Positions 9,382-19,418 of a stretch of 53,851 nt of DNA are shown here, piece after piece. Source of the DNA: Candidatus Hydrothermarchaeota archaeon (GTDB lineage: Archaea > Hydrothermarchaeota > Hydrothermarchaeia > Hydrothermarchaeales > JALUUU01). Each line of letters opens with the position of its first letter. The stretch's first letter is position 1. The DNA lies in assembly GCA_964481825.1 (NCBI GenBank), contig CAYZUE010000002.1:1-53851 (forward strand), written 5' to 3'. The position numbers and the translations under genes are program-made. The notes below the pieces were generated by a model. That model worked only from the letters and a program-made list of their open reading frames with translations, ran no database searches and was not told the DNA's origin.

Positions 9382-9957
9382 ATGGACCCTTTAGAAGTCA
9401 CACGTCTAATTATAGGATTAACAATGATACTATTTTTGCCAGGTCTCACCTTGACTATGGCAGTGTGGCCTAAATCAAAAAACGATGTGTATTTAAAGGT
9501 GATTGAAAAGTTAAAAAAACATCGAATCAAAAAAATATCGTTGATTGGAAACAAGGATGAACTGAAAGACCTAATTTTATTAATGGAAGATAATCGGATG
9601 ACTACCGAAGTCAATCCTAAAGGAAATGATAAAAAAGAAGCATGTTTAGTCATTGGGGGCTTGAAAGAGAATCATCATATTCCACGGGCTGACTTTATTA
9701 TGTCTACAGAAGAAGAGATAAAAGATTCGATTAAAGTAGAAGATACAATAGATGGAACAGAACGAGTAGCTTTAAGTTTTGGCCTGAGTGTTGGATTAGT
9801 AGCTATCTTAGGGTTGTTACTGGACAAAACATCCTTTGGAATAAAATTGTCCAACGTGTTAATCTCTGTAGTAATTTTAATACTATCATTCTCTTTAATA
9901 TTTTACTTTAGACGGAAGAATTTTGGGATATTTAAACTATGGAGTAATTCTAATTAA
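9382..9957 (+). CDS. membrane protein, DUF1616-like ends with an inserted soluble segment
   Basis: I prefer the ATG at 9382 (MDPLEVTRLIIGLTMILFLPGLTL...). The upstream 30 codons of the track ORF look non-coding. It has an N-terminal TM, a ~100-aa hydrophilic insert, then ERVALSFGLSVGLVAILGLLLD and further TMs. Confidence 0.4.
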   Translation: MDPLEVTRLIIGLTMILFLPGLTLTMAVWPKSKNDVYLKVIEKLKKHRIKKISLIGNKDELKDLILLMEDNRMTTEVNPKGNDKKEACLVIGGLKENHHIPRADFIMSTEEEIKDSIKVEDTIDGTERVALSFGLSVGLVAILGLLLDKTSFGIKLSNVLISVVILILSFSLIFYFRRKNFGIFKLWSNSN

Positions 9958-9958
9958 A

Positions 9959-10315
9959 ATGGATTATAAGCAGATTATATTGGTTAGAACAGATATTAAG
10001 ATGAGCTGTGGTAAAATCTGTGCACAGGTGGCTCATGCTTCCCTAGGAGCATCAGAGAAAGCACGAAAAGAAAAATCAAGATGGTATATTGCTTGGAAAA
10101 TGGAAGGACAAAAAAAGGTTGTATTAGAAACATCTGGCGAAGATGAAATGTTTGATTTCTGTAAACATGCAAAAAAAGGGGGAATATCATCTTATCTAGT
10201 TAATGATGCAGGGCTTACAGAACTTTCTCCAGGGACTTTAACAACTTTAGGTATTGGCCCAGCACCTAACGAACTTATTGACAAGATAACTGGAGATTTG
10301 AAGCTTTTTCGCTGA
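9959..10315 (+). CDS. pth2: peptidyl-tRNA hydrolase, archaeal PTH2 type
   Basis: MDYKQIILVRTDIKMSCGKICAQVAHASL matches the PTH2 signature. The ATG at 9959 is 1 nt after the upstream stop; the track start at 9923 is an extension. Confidence 0.85.
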   Translation: MDYKQIILVRTDIKMSCGKICAQVAHASLGASEKARKEKSRWYIAWKMEGQKKVVLETSGEDEMFDFCKHAKKGGISSYLVNDAGLTELSPGTLTTLGIGPAPNELIDKITGDLKLFR

Positions 10316-10317
10316 AA

Positions 10318-11511
10318 ATGAAAACCCTATACAAACTTGAGAAAAAAATAGGAGTTGAATATTTTGCAACCTCAACACCACCTATATATGGAAAGCTTAG
10401 ATTAAAGATAGATGATTTTTCTGTTGATGAAATAGGCCTTGCATATCCAAAGAAAACTCTAGGGGGAGATTATACTCACTTCACCATGGAGAAATTCAAT
10501 TTGGATACAATATTTGCTATAAGAGCCATAAGTAAGACCTTGAGAATATCATCTAAACGACTAGGATACGCTGGAAACAAGGACAGGAGGGCTATAACTA
10601 AGCAGAGGGTATCTTGTTGGAAGGTAGATGTTGATAAACTAAAAATGGTTCATATCCCTAAAATTACTCTTTCGAACTTTACACAATATAGTGAAAAGAT
10701 TTCTATAGGAGACTTGGAGGGTAACAAATTTAGAATCATAGCTAGGGATATTTCCATGAATTTAAATGAGCTTGAAAAAATGATGAAAGAAACCCTAGAT
10801 GAATTATCACAAACGGGGATTCCAAATTATTTTGGTTATCAGAGATTTGGAATTATAAGACCTAACAATCACCTAGTAGGTATGAAATTAATTAAGGGGG
10901 ACATAGAGGGAGCAATTAATGAATATCTGTGCAAACCTTCACCATTAGAAAAAGATGATGCAATCTATGCACGGCAATATTTAGAAGATTCCTTAGACTA
11001 TAAAGGTGCCTTGAAAAGGTTCCCGCTGAGATTAAATTATGAGAGGTCTGTGATTCATCACCTTCACAATTCACCAAAAGACTTTGCAGGTGCATTAAGA
11101 CAACTCCCTCGAAAGCTTTCCATGATTTTTGTTCATAGTTACCAGAGTTATCTCTTTAATAAGATACTTAGTTATATGTTAAAAGAAGGGGGAGATATTA
11201 AATCGATAAAAATCCCCTTACTTGGATATCAAAGTTCATTGAAAGATAGAAAAACTAGCGTTATAGTAAATGATATCTTAGATAAAGAAAACATAAGCCT
11301 AAAGAATTTCTGGATAAAAAGTATGCCAGAATTGAGTTGCAAAGGTGTCTATCGGGCTGCTTCTGTCACAACTGATGTAAAATTAAAAACTTGTAAGGAT
11401 GATTTAAATCCTGGAAAGTTTGGATTTATTTCTGAATTTATTCTACCTAAGGGTTGCTATGCAACTGTGGTAATGAGAGAATTTCTTAAGACTGATCCAT
11501 TAAATTATTAA
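10318..11511 (+). CDS. truD: tRNA pseudouridine synthase TruD/Pus7 family
   Basis: 397 aa. GYAGNKDRRAITKQ (catalytic Asp motif GxKDxxA) and NYFGYQRFG motif. Confidence 0.85.
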   Translation: MKTLYKLEKKIGVEYFATSTPPIYGKLRLKIDDFSVDEIGLAYPKKTLGGDYTHFTMEKFNLDTIFAIRAISKTLRISSKRLGYAGNKDRRAITKQRVSCWKVDVDKLKMVHIPKITLSNFTQYSEKISIGDLEGNKFRIIARDISMNLNELEKMMKETLDELSQTGIPNYFGYQRFGIIRPNNHLVGMKLIKGDIEGAINEYLCKPSPLEKDDAIYARQYLEDSLDYKGALKRFPLRLNYERSVIHHLHNSPKDFAGALRQLPRKLSMIFVHSYQSYLFNKILSYMLKEGGDIKSIKIPLLGYQSSLKDRKTSVIVNDILDKENISLKNFWIKSMPELSCKGVYRAASVTTDVKLKTCKDDLNPGKFGFISEFILPKGCYATVVMREFLKTDPLNY

Positions 11512-12463
11512 TCTCCTGATCTAGCACATTCATTGGATTTTCCAATGTTTTCTGAAGTTTTAAGGCATCTAACCGAATCTTGTCTTTTCTTTCAATGATT
11601 TCATCTATATGAGAAGAAATCTCTTCAATATTAGTAGCATGGACCATTAATTTTTTCTTAATTAAAAACTTGTCTACTCCTAAAACATCTTGAGGATAAT
11701 ATGATAATGTTGGAGTGCCTAATAGAGCACTTTCCCTATTCATTGTACCCCCACCACCGATGAAGGCACTCGCATGGAATATTAAATTGAGAGAATCTCT
11801 TGTATTAGGTATTGAAGCGTTGTCATAATTTAAATGACCTCTTGGTAGAATTAATACTTTAAATTTAGATGCTAGTGAATTAATAACTTTCTGAGTACTC
11901 TCAACTCCTGTGAAATAGGATGCTAAATGAGGCTCTGGCCTTAGTAGGATATATTGCTCCTTTATGATTCGTTCACCAGGAACAAAATCCTCTATATGAA
12001 CTAGTTCACACAACCCATTAAATGTAAGTATTTGGTCTTTATTAGCCCCCTGTTGACGAAGCTTCCTAGTATCTAGGGCAGAAGGCACCAATACTCTTGA
12101 ACAGAGGGGCAAGGTTAATCTATTCTGGTGTATTGCATGTTCATTGTCAACGATCTGAATACATGGTAGTTGAAGCCCAAAAGCTACTCGGGGAAGCTCT
12201 ACTGATTGTTTAGACATGCAGACATCAATTTGTTGTTCGGAAATTGTCTTTGTGAGTTCCAAAACTCTCAGGGCACTTTGTGCTAATTTGTTTTTTTTGT
12301 CTTGTCCTCCATGTTTTCCCACTAGATTAAAATAAATTTTCCTATCCTCTAAGAATTTTGTAATTTCCCCTTGTTTACGGACAGTTACAAATGTCTTATT
12401 GTTTTTTATAAAATTCTTAAAAAAAAGTACATGAGGATGATTTGTAATATCGATCCAAATCAT
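11486..12463 (-). CDS. DUF354-like protein (GT-B/epimerase-like fold, glycan-assembly associated)
   Basis: Starts MIWIDITNHPHVLFFKNFI, like the N-terminus I recall for DUF354. The ATG at 12463 forms an ATGA overlap with the upstream gene stop; the track start at 12523 is an extension. Confidence 0.55.
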   Translation of the reverse strand: MIWIDITNHPHVLFFKNFIKNNKTFVTVRKQGEITKFLEDRKIYFNLVGKHGGQDKKNKLAQSALRVLELTKTISEQQIDVCMSKQSVELPRVAFGLQLPCIQIVDNEHAIHQNRLTLPLCSRVLVPSALDTRKLRQQGANKDQILTFNGLCELVHIEDFVPGERIIKEQYILLRPEPHLASYFTGVESTQKVINSLASKFKVLILPRGHLNYDNASIPNTRDSLNLIFHASAFIGGGGTMNRESALLGTPTLSYYPQDVLGVDKFLIKKKLMVHATNIEEISSHIDEIIERKDKIRLDALKLQKTLENPMNVLDQEINNLMDQS

Positions 12464-13404
12464 ATTGAAGCCCCTGAAACAATTGCGATTAACACGAAAA
12501 ATCCCTCGATTGACCAGATACAATAAACAAGATCTTTTTCCCCCATAGGTTTAATTCTAAGCAAAAATCTAGGTAATGATAAGTTTCCACCTGTGGGCGA
12601 ATAAAGCTTTCCATTTTTTATAATTGTTGGAGATTGAGATTGTCGAGACATTATCCCTGCAGATAAGAATTTGAATGATGCATCTAAAATATAAGGAAAA
12701 AATATTATTGTTCCTAAGAAAAAAAACCCACCGTTTAAGATTGATATAAAAAGTGATGATCCAATTATTAGAGTACCTACATCACCTGGGAAAATTCGTG
12801 CAGGGAACTTGTTGAAATGTAGAAATGCAATGAGTGATCCGAAAACAATTGATGAAATAATGAGACTTGCTTCAGCTTTGTTCATATATGCAATGATGGA
12901 TACCCCAAATGAAGCTATAGCACCCATGCCTATTTCAAGACCGTTGAAACCTGCAAGCATGTTTGTGAAATTACATGTAATCATGAAAAGAATTGGTAAT
13001 ACCAGTAGTAATAGGAGACCATTATTATCAAAGGGCCATAGATACAGAGGATACAGTAGTCCAACCAGAGAGAAGCTAACAACTTTCTGGATAGGGGATA
13101 ATGTTATAAAATGATCTAGGATACCCAGCAATCCAATCACAATAGCAACAATTAGCGTGAAAATTAGAATGTGTTCATTAATGGTTAAGTACGAGAGAAT
13201 TAGAGAGATAGTTATGCCGAGAAGTATTGACAATCCTCCCATCTCCGGTATCAATGGATTACCTTCTTTGTGTAAATCTTGCCCTCTAATATTTCTTTTA
13301 TTCAAATATTTTAACAGAAAAGGAGTTGATAATAAAGTTGATAAAAAAGAGATGAATGAAAAAATGACGAAAAACATAATGATTAACTGCTCTTCAAGAT
13401 ACAA
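12460..13404 (-). CDS. polyprenyl/dolichyl-phosphate HexNAc-1-phosphate transferase (MraY/WecA/Alg7 family, AglH-like)
   Basis: 314 aa polytopic protein. NFTNMLAGFNGLEIGMG and IFPGDVGTLIIG motifs are typical of this family. Confidence 0.8.
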   Translation of the reverse strand: MYLEEQLIIMFFVIFSFISFLSTLLSTPFLLKYLNKRNIRGQDLHKEGNPLIPEMGGLSILLGITISLILSYLTINEHILIFTLIVAIVIGLLGILDHFITLSPIQKVVSFSLVGLLYPLYLWPFDNNGLLLLLVLPILFMITCNFTNMLAGFNGLEIGMGAIASFGVSIIAYMNKAEASLIISSIVFGSLIAFLHFNKFPARIFPGDVGTLIIGSSLFISILNGGFFFLGTIIFFPYILDASFKFLSAGIMSRQSQSPTIIKNGKLYSPTGGNLSLPRFLLRIKPMGEKDLVYCIWSIEGFFVLIAIVSGASI

Positions 13405-13409
13405 AAACC

Positions 13410-14414
13410 TTACTCCAGCTCAAATAGATACGCATGATCATTACTACTACCAATTAAAAGGAATCTCCCATTCTTAGAAAAAACAACTCGGTTAACATTG
13501 TCAGCAACAAAGTATTTCCAAAGTAAATTGCCTTGAATATCGAAAATATACACGTTTTTATCCCAGGACCCAACAGCAACCAAATCATTTTTAGGGGAAA
13601 TTGCAACCCCGTAATTTGAAAATTCTGTTTCTCTCTTCCACTTTAGATTCCCATCATTAAATAGATAGATATTACTGTCTTCAGTACTGGCTGCGATCAA
13701 GTTTCCATTTCTATTGGCAGATACACCATAAACATAATCCCGAGGACCAAGCTTCTCCTTCCATAAAACTTCCCCCCCCATACTTAATTCATAGATGATG
13801 CCATTATCATCCCCTACGATTAGTGTATTATTTGCAAATGCCACGTCCCAAGCACCCCATGCACTCTTTTCAAGAAGGTAAGTCCAGATTACTTCATTTT
13901 CATTTAACAGGAATATTTCTCCAGTATTAGATGCAATGGCAATAAGGTTATCATCGGTAATATCTACTCCCCTCGAAAAACCTTTTAAAGACAAATTCCA
14001 GAGCTCTTGTCCATTTATATCTAGGTTATATAAGGTAATTTTATCGAATGTGTAACTTAATACAGCAATGGAGGCTGTATTTGGAGACATGGCAACATCT
14101 TGTATCTTACCGTTTGCCTTGAATTTCCAAATAAAATCTCCCTTTTTGTTAAGACAATATACACCACCATCCCATGACCCTAAGACTGAATATTCTGCAT
14201 TTTCAGATAATGCAACACCATAGATATTTCCATTAGTGAGGTACTTCCATAAGAGCCTAGGTTGCAATGATAGATGTTTCTGCAACTCTGAATTATCGAA
14301 AGTTTTTACAAGTGCTTTATTGGCAATAGTTGAGTCAGATTCTGAATTATTATTCTCTGATGGAAATTGGATACAACCAATAAGAAGGAATACTATAAAT
14401 AAACCAACTCTCAT
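13410..14414 (-). CDS. secreted beta-propeller (PQQ/WD-like repeat) lipoprotein
   Basis: 334 aa. N-terminal VFLLIGC lipobox-like signal. About 40-aa repeats each end in W-K/W-x motifs (LLWKY, FIWKF, ELWNL, VIWTY, VLWKE, LKWKR, LLWKY). Confidence 0.6.
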   Translation of the reverse strand: MRVGLFIVFLLIGCIQFPSENNNSESDSTIANKALVKTFDNSELQKHLSLQPRLLWKYLTNGNIYGVALSENAEYSVLGSWDGGVYCLNKKGDFIWKFKANGKIQDVAMSPNTASIAVLSYTFDKITLYNLDINGQELWNLSLKGFSRGVDITDDNLIAIASNTGEIFLLNENEVIWTYLLEKSAWGAWDVAFANNTLIVGDDNGIIYELSMGGEVLWKEKLGPRDYVYGVSANRNGNLIAASTEDSNIYLFNDGNLKWKRETEFSNYGVAISPKNDLVAVGSWDKNVYIFDIQGNLLWKYFVADNVNRVVFSKNGRFLLIGSSNDHAYLFELE

Positions 14415-15631
14415 GTTGGTCCCTCGAGTTCATTACTTCCAATTGTGAGATAGAGGATTGAAAGAAAAAAAATAATACTTGTTAACTGAAGGCCTACTTC
14501 TACTAGAATAAAAGAGTGAGTAAGTGCCACAGAGTATAGAGCAAACTGAGTTTTAGTATTAGCTGATTTGTATAATGCACCGATATACAAGCCAAGGAGA
14601 AGACTAACAAAAATAACCCCTAAAATTCCAAAATCTAACATCCAAGGGCCAAGGAATGTCGAGGTTATAATATGAGGTGTTTGATAATCTAATACTTCTA
14701 TACTTATAATCTCTTGACTAATACTTAAAATGGCATTTCCTTTAAGAAGACCAAAAGGCATGCTCATGTCAACAATATTGGAAAAAACTCCGAGTGTAAA
14801 GCCTGCTCTGTAAAATATATAAAGTAAAGGTGATATTTCCCATGCACCATAGGCTGAAACAGCTATGAAATTGCTTAAAAAAGTAAGGATTAGTAAAACA
14901 AACAATACAGCTAGCAAGGTTTCTTTTAAAGATATTCTTTTAACAAGGATACCAGCAATTACTGCTGATATTAAAATGGCCACCGAATCCGATTTAAATC
15001 CTGAAAGAACCCCTAGGAAAACAAGTATAATAATTGCTGGGAATGCAAATTTCTTTGAATATGAAACAATAAATAAAGCAGCAGATACTGTAGCAAATCC
15101 ATGGAACAGTGCTCTGGCTGGAGTTACCGCAGTACTTTCCCGAATTGTGGATTCAAAAATGGGGATTCCTTTGAAAAGTATTACCATGGAGGAAATTACA
15201 GCTAATACCCCAGCTAAAAGGGCTAGAATTTTCAAATTGTTCAATCTCTTTGAGATATACCAGAGAAGAACAATATAACCCAGGGAGGCAGGAACAATAT
15301 AAATCAAACCAATGGAAAACGCAAGTTTAAGAGATAATATGCTGAAAAAGAAGATTAGAAAAATTACAGGTGTTTTTCTCATAATATTTATCCTTCCCCC
15401 AAATATGGCCGCTAAAAAGAGTATGAAAATTCCAATTAACGAAATAAGATAACTTATTAAACTGGGATTTGTTTTGAAAGATCCACTAGGTTGAAGTAGA
15501 AATTTTGAGGTGTTTGGGATCTCGTACGAAATAAAAGCTAACGCTAAGAATAAAAGGTAAACCAAAGGCAATGCAACCCATGGACTAATAATCTCTTTTT
15601 GCAATTTCCTTATAAAAAACATCAACTTCAT
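14411..15631 (-). CDS. polytopic membrane protein, oligosaccharide repeat-unit polymerase (Wzy)-like; tentative
   Basis: About 10-12 predicted TM helices. Paralog of 17329..18624 (shared ITSTxxGxxxLDxGILGxIxxSLxLG and GF/Y-K/R motifs). Start uncertain: ATG at 15631 or 15622, track start 15679. All three overlap the upstream GT4 gene end. Confidence 0.4.
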   Translation of the reverse strand: MKLMFFIRKLQKEIISPWVALPLVYLLFLALAFISYEIPNTSKFLLQPSGSFKTNPSLISYLISLIGIFILFLAAIFGGRINIMRKTPVIFLIFFFSILSLKLAFSIGLIYIVPASLGYIVLLWYISKRLNNLKILALLAGVLAVISSMVILFKGIPIFESTIRESTAVTPARALFHGFATVSAALFIVSYSKKFAFPAIIILVFLGVLSGFKSDSVAILISAVIAGILVKRISLKETLLAVLFVLLILTFLSNFIAVSAYGAWEISPLLYIFYRAGFTLGVFSNIVDMSMPFGLLKGNAILSISQEIISIEVLDYQTPHIITSTFLGPWMLDFGILGVIFVSLLLGLYIGALYKSANTKTQFALYSVALTHSFILVEVGLQLTSIIFFLSILYLTIGSNELEGPT

Positions 15632-16601
15632 CAGCCATCCTAGACCAACTAAACTTTTTAATTGTCTTCCTTCCCCCAAATATTAAACGATTTTTTAAAT
15701 CGTTGTCCTCAATGATTTTGTTAATAGCATCTGCAAGGGAATTTACATCCTCTTTTTTGACTAACAGACCATTTTCATCATTTACTACTATTTCTTTGAT
15801 TCCTCCTACGTCTGTTGCGATAATAGGTATACGTGCTTCCATTGCTTCAAGAAGGACTAAACCAAATCCTTCAGTTCTAGAAGGAAGTACAAAAACAAGA
15901 CTTTTATTTAAAATATCCCTGAAATCATCTAAATATCCATGGAAAACTACATCAATTCTTAATTCCCTAGCAAGTTTCTCCAGAACCTTTCTCTCACTTC
16001 CATCCCCAATGATTATAAGTTTAGAATCGGAGTGTTTCTTTCCAACTATCTCAAAAGATTTTATAAGGATATCAACACCCTTTTGTTTAACTAAGCTACC
16101 AACAAATACCACACCTTTATTCTTTATGCCCATATATTTGGACCTACTTGCTGACACACCCCCATATATGACTCTAAATTTTGTTTCTTCAACGCCGAGT
16201 TCCAGAGCCTGCATCTTAAGATACTTACTAACTGCAATAATTCCATCGGAATTAGAAATAATCCACCTTACCAAAGGTCGGAATAATGAACTATTGGCTA
16301 ATTCCGTGATATCCGATCCATGAAGAGTTAAGATTAATGGTTTTCTTTTAATCTTTTTTAAAATGACTCCTAGGAGTCCTTGAGGGATTGTATAATGAGC
16401 ATGGATAATATCAAAATTCTTAAAGATTCCTCTTAAAACCCCAAATACAAGGAAAAAAAAAGGTCTGATGATTCTAACATTTATATTGGGGATATATGTA
16501 ATTATTTCAAAAGTATGTTTAGAATTAGCAATTAAATTTTCTACATGCTTTACTACACCACCTCTACTTGGTTTCCATTGAGTAAGGAGTAAAATACGCA
16601 T
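15585..16601 (-). CDS. glycosyltransferase, GT4 family (GT-B, Glycos_transf_1)
   Basis: 338 aa. EGFGLVLLEAMEARIPIIATDVGGIKEIV is the canonical E-x7-E region. Confidence 0.85.
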   Translation of the reverse strand: MRILLLTQWKPSRGGVVKHVENLIANSKHTFEIITYIPNINVRIIRPFFFLVFGVLRGIFKNFDIIHAHYTIPQGLLGVILKKIKRKPLILTLHGSDITELANSSLFRPLVRWIISNSDGIIAVSKYLKMQALELGVEETKFRVIYGGVSASRSKYMGIKNKGVVFVGSLVKQKGVDILIKSFEIVGKKHSDSKLIIIGDGSERKVLEKLARELRIDVVFHGYLDDFRDILNKSLVFVLPSRTEGFGLVLLEAMEARIPIIATDVGGIKEIVVNDENGLLVKKEDVNSLADAINKIIEDNDLKNRLIFGGRKTIKKFSWSRMADEVDVFYKEIAKRDY

Positions 16602-16689
16602 TATAAACTCATTATCTGATTAAATATAAAAAAGATAACTCCTTAGAAAATATTATAAACATGTAAAAAACACTGCATATCGGTATACA

Positions 16690-17340
16690 ATGAAAAAGCA
16701 AGCACAAAGGAAAATGAAGAAATCCGTAGTGATATGCTTACCGAATTATGTTTTTATTCCTTTTAAATACTTAATTGGGATTGCAAATCTCCTCCTATAC
16801 AAACAGGACAATTATGAAATTAAAGGGATAGCAACCCTTGATAGACTGTACATTGACTATAATAGGAATATAATAACACGAGATGCTCTTAAGTTATATA
16901 ACCCTGATTATCTATTTTGGATTGATGGCGACATGGTAATTGAGCCAGATACTATCCTACGTCTCTTAGAACATGATAAGGATGTTGTAAGTGGTTTATA
17001 CTTTAAAAAAGAAAATTATGAACCTGTAGTATTTAATAAAAAAGGAAAGGATTATGAACCAGCAATGAGGTGGTACCCAGGAAAACCCTTCAAAGTAGAT
17101 GCTATCGGTATGGGATGCTGTCTCATTAAATCTAAAGTACTTCGGGATATAAAATCTCCCTGGTTTGTATATGATGTTAAAAATAACAAAGGTGAAGACA
17201 TATATTTCTGTGAGAAAATTAAACGCGCTAAATACGACATATGGGTAGATCCAGATGTGTTACCCACACATCTGGGTATGAGCGAAGTGGGATTAGAACA
17301 TTTCAGGGCAAAATTTGGACAAGAAGATTCACCTTATTGA
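16690..17340 (+). CDS. small GT-A-like glycosyltransferase (paralog of 25138..25791)
   Basis: 216 aa. DxD-like WIDGDM. GMGCCLIKSKVLRDIKSPWF and GEDIYFCEKIK are shared with the paralog. Start could be the internal MKKSVV. Confidence 0.55.
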   Translation: MKKQAQRKMKKSVVICLPNYVFIPFKYLIGIANLLLYKQDNYEIKGIATLDRLYIDYNRNIITRDALKLYNPDYLFWIDGDMVIEPDTILRLLEHDKDVVSGLYFKKENYEPVVFNKKGKDYEPAMRWYPGKPFKVDAIGMGCCLIKSKVLRDIKSPWFVYDVKNNKGEDIYFCEKIKRAKYDIWVDPDVLPTHLGMSEVGLEHFRAKFGQEDSPY

Positions 17341-18624
17341 TCTAATTAAAATTAAAGAACCTATCATGAAAAACATCAGAACATTAAAATCAACTAATCC
17401 AGTTTCTATTCCAACTAGGGTGTAGGCAAGGAACAAAGAAAAAATCCCGATACTAACAGCTGTTTTAGTGCGTTTCATTGCTACATAAGCTAACCCCAGT
17501 ACAAAACCCAGTATTAGACTAAATAGAATGATTCCCAGTATACCCAAATCTAAAATCACAGTCCCATATAAAGTTGATGTTATTGAAACATCTGTAACTC
17601 CATAAATATTTGCTACGATAGTCCTAGGGCCAAAGCGTGGTCCGGGCACAAAAGAGATGAAAGAGGAAAAACTTGCTAGAAGGACAGATAGTTTAGTTAC
17701 ACCAAAGATCCAAAATCGGTCTACGAGGAAATCATAAATACTAAGAGTGAGGCCTACCCTTTTTCCAATGACATCAAAAAAGGCAATTGAACTTCCTTGA
17801 AGTAAAGCCCTATAATATCCTAAAGCTGAAATTGTAAAAAAAACAAAAAGGAAAGAAATGAGTATTTCAGCCTTTCCTAAAAGCTTCGAACAATACATGG
17901 ATATTATAGAACCAAGAATTGAAACAATAATCTGAGTACGATAACCAATCAGTGACATCAAAAGGGTAATTATGACTATTGTAATTATAGAAAAAATTCT
18001 AGCTTCTCCTATCTCTAAACTTTTACTTTGGTATCTCTTTCCTATAAGTGAGATTAATAAAATTCCACCGACAACTGTTACAGAAGCTAGCATAGTTAAA
18101 GGAACATTAAGATTTCTCTTTGCTGCAGGATCCAACAAAGGTATCCCCCCTGTTTGCATTACGTCATAAATCAAAGAAGTGATTCCTAAAAGTAACAAGA
18201 GAGCAATAAATTTCTCAAGTTTTTCCTCAAGAAATATTTCATTAAATTTAAATGTCTTTGAAGCTTGGACACCTATACAAAAGAAGGATATACCGATTAA
18301 AATAGTTGCAAGTGCAAGATATGAGATTCTGTAACTACTAATTGAAATAAAACATACAAAGATAAGAGGAAATATGAACATAGGATGGAAGATATCAAAG
18401 GTACTTTTAAGACGTAAATTTATTTGATCGAACAATCCCCATAATCTAACAGGATAAAAAGGTAAAAATACTCTTAATAATTTGAACGTTGTAGATAAAA
18501 AAAAAGCTTCAGATAAAAATGTTAATGTATTGTAAGTGTATTTCTTTGTTTTACATTGTAAAATAGAATTCAGAAAAAATGAGATAATTCTATTAGTGGC
18601 AAAAAAAAACCTACTATTTAGCAT
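17329..18624 (-). CDS. polytopic membrane protein, oligosaccharide repeat-unit polymerase (Wzy)-like; tentative
   Basis: 431 aa with many TM helices. Paralog of 14411..15631. Confidence 0.4.
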   Translation of the reverse strand: MLNSRFFFATNRIISFFLNSILQCKTKKYTYNTLTFLSEAFFLSTTFKLLRVFLPFYPVRLWGLFDQINLRLKSTFDIFHPMFIFPLIFVCFISISSYRISYLALATILIGISFFCIGVQASKTFKFNEIFLEEKLEKFIALLLLLGITSLIYDVMQTGGIPLLDPAAKRNLNVPLTMLASVTVVGGILLISLIGKRYQSKSLEIGEARIFSIITIVIITLLMSLIGYRTQIIVSILGSIISMYCSKLLGKAEILISFLFVFFTISALGYYRALLQGSSIAFFDVIGKRVGLTLSIYDFLVDRFWIFGVTKLSVLLASFSSFISFVPGPRFGPRTIVANIYGVTDVSITSTLYGTVILDLGILGIILFSLILGFVLGLAYVAMKRTKTAVSIGIFSLFLAYTLVGIETGLVDFNVLMFFMIGSLILIRSIR

Positions 18625-19418
18625 TATAAGATGTCCTCTAGACTAACAACGTGATATCCCTCGCCAGTGGTGTCTAGTTCTGGTTTATCTGCATATCCGA
18701 CATAAAAATATGTCTTACTAATTACTACTTTTTCTGCTTCTATTGTTACCTTCTTAAGTTCTTCAAGATCTGCTAGTTTAAATCTGAAAATCGATTCATC
18801 TTTTCCAAAATCTAGGATTTCACAGGACTTAATATTATACGTATCTTCAAATTCATTAAAAATCTCCTGGGTGCTCATTACTGGATTGATAAACGAGACG
18901 TCTGCAAATGTGGAGGTAGAACTCCCTATTCTTAAATTATTAGCCCCTAAAAATTTCTTTTTATCCTCTAGGTAATTAATAAACGAATCATATCCTGAAA
19001 ACTCCATAGATTCCAACGGAAGGATGATTACATAATTATCTTTAATCTTGAAAGTTATCTTATTAGCTGCAATATCTTCAATATACGCCATACTTCCTCC
19101 TATCCAGAGTTTGTCTCCCTTCTCTGTTTTAAGTAGTAAACCTCCACTTTTAGTATTGATTATAAGACCTTGTTCATTAAAATCCGTTTCATCTCCAATC
19201 CATTTTCCTTCTACCATTGCTTCGACTAGAAAGCCTTTAGATTCAAGTTTAGTATACCCTTGGATAGCAGTGTACATTTCATCTCCAGAAAATGTTAAAT
19301 CGTCATTAAGAACCTTTGAAGTAAAAGAGAACACTAGAAAGATTAAAACTAGAACAACAAAGGCATCAATTATATTAACCCCTGCTAATTTTCCATTTTT
19401 TTTATCTAAAAGTTTCAT
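18624..19418 (-). CDS. hypothetical N-terminally anchored protein (DUF4330-like)
   Basis: 264 aa. GVNIIDAFVVLVLIFLVFSF anchor followed by a soluble domain. The family assignment is from memory of the DUF4330 N-terminus only. Confidence 0.4.
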   Translation of the reverse strand: MKLLDKKNGKLAGVNIIDAFVVLVLIFLVFSFTSKVLNDDLTFSGDEMYTAIQGYTKLESKGFLVEAMVEGKWIGDETDFNEQGLIINTKSGGLLLKTEKGDKLWIGGSMAYIEDIAANKITFKIKDNYVIILPLESMEFSGYDSFINYLEDKKKFLGANNLRIGSSTSTFADVSFINPVMSTQEIFNEFEDTYNIKSCEILDFGKDESIFRFKLADLEELKKVTIEAEKVVISKTYFYVGYADKPELDTTGEGYHVVSLEDIL

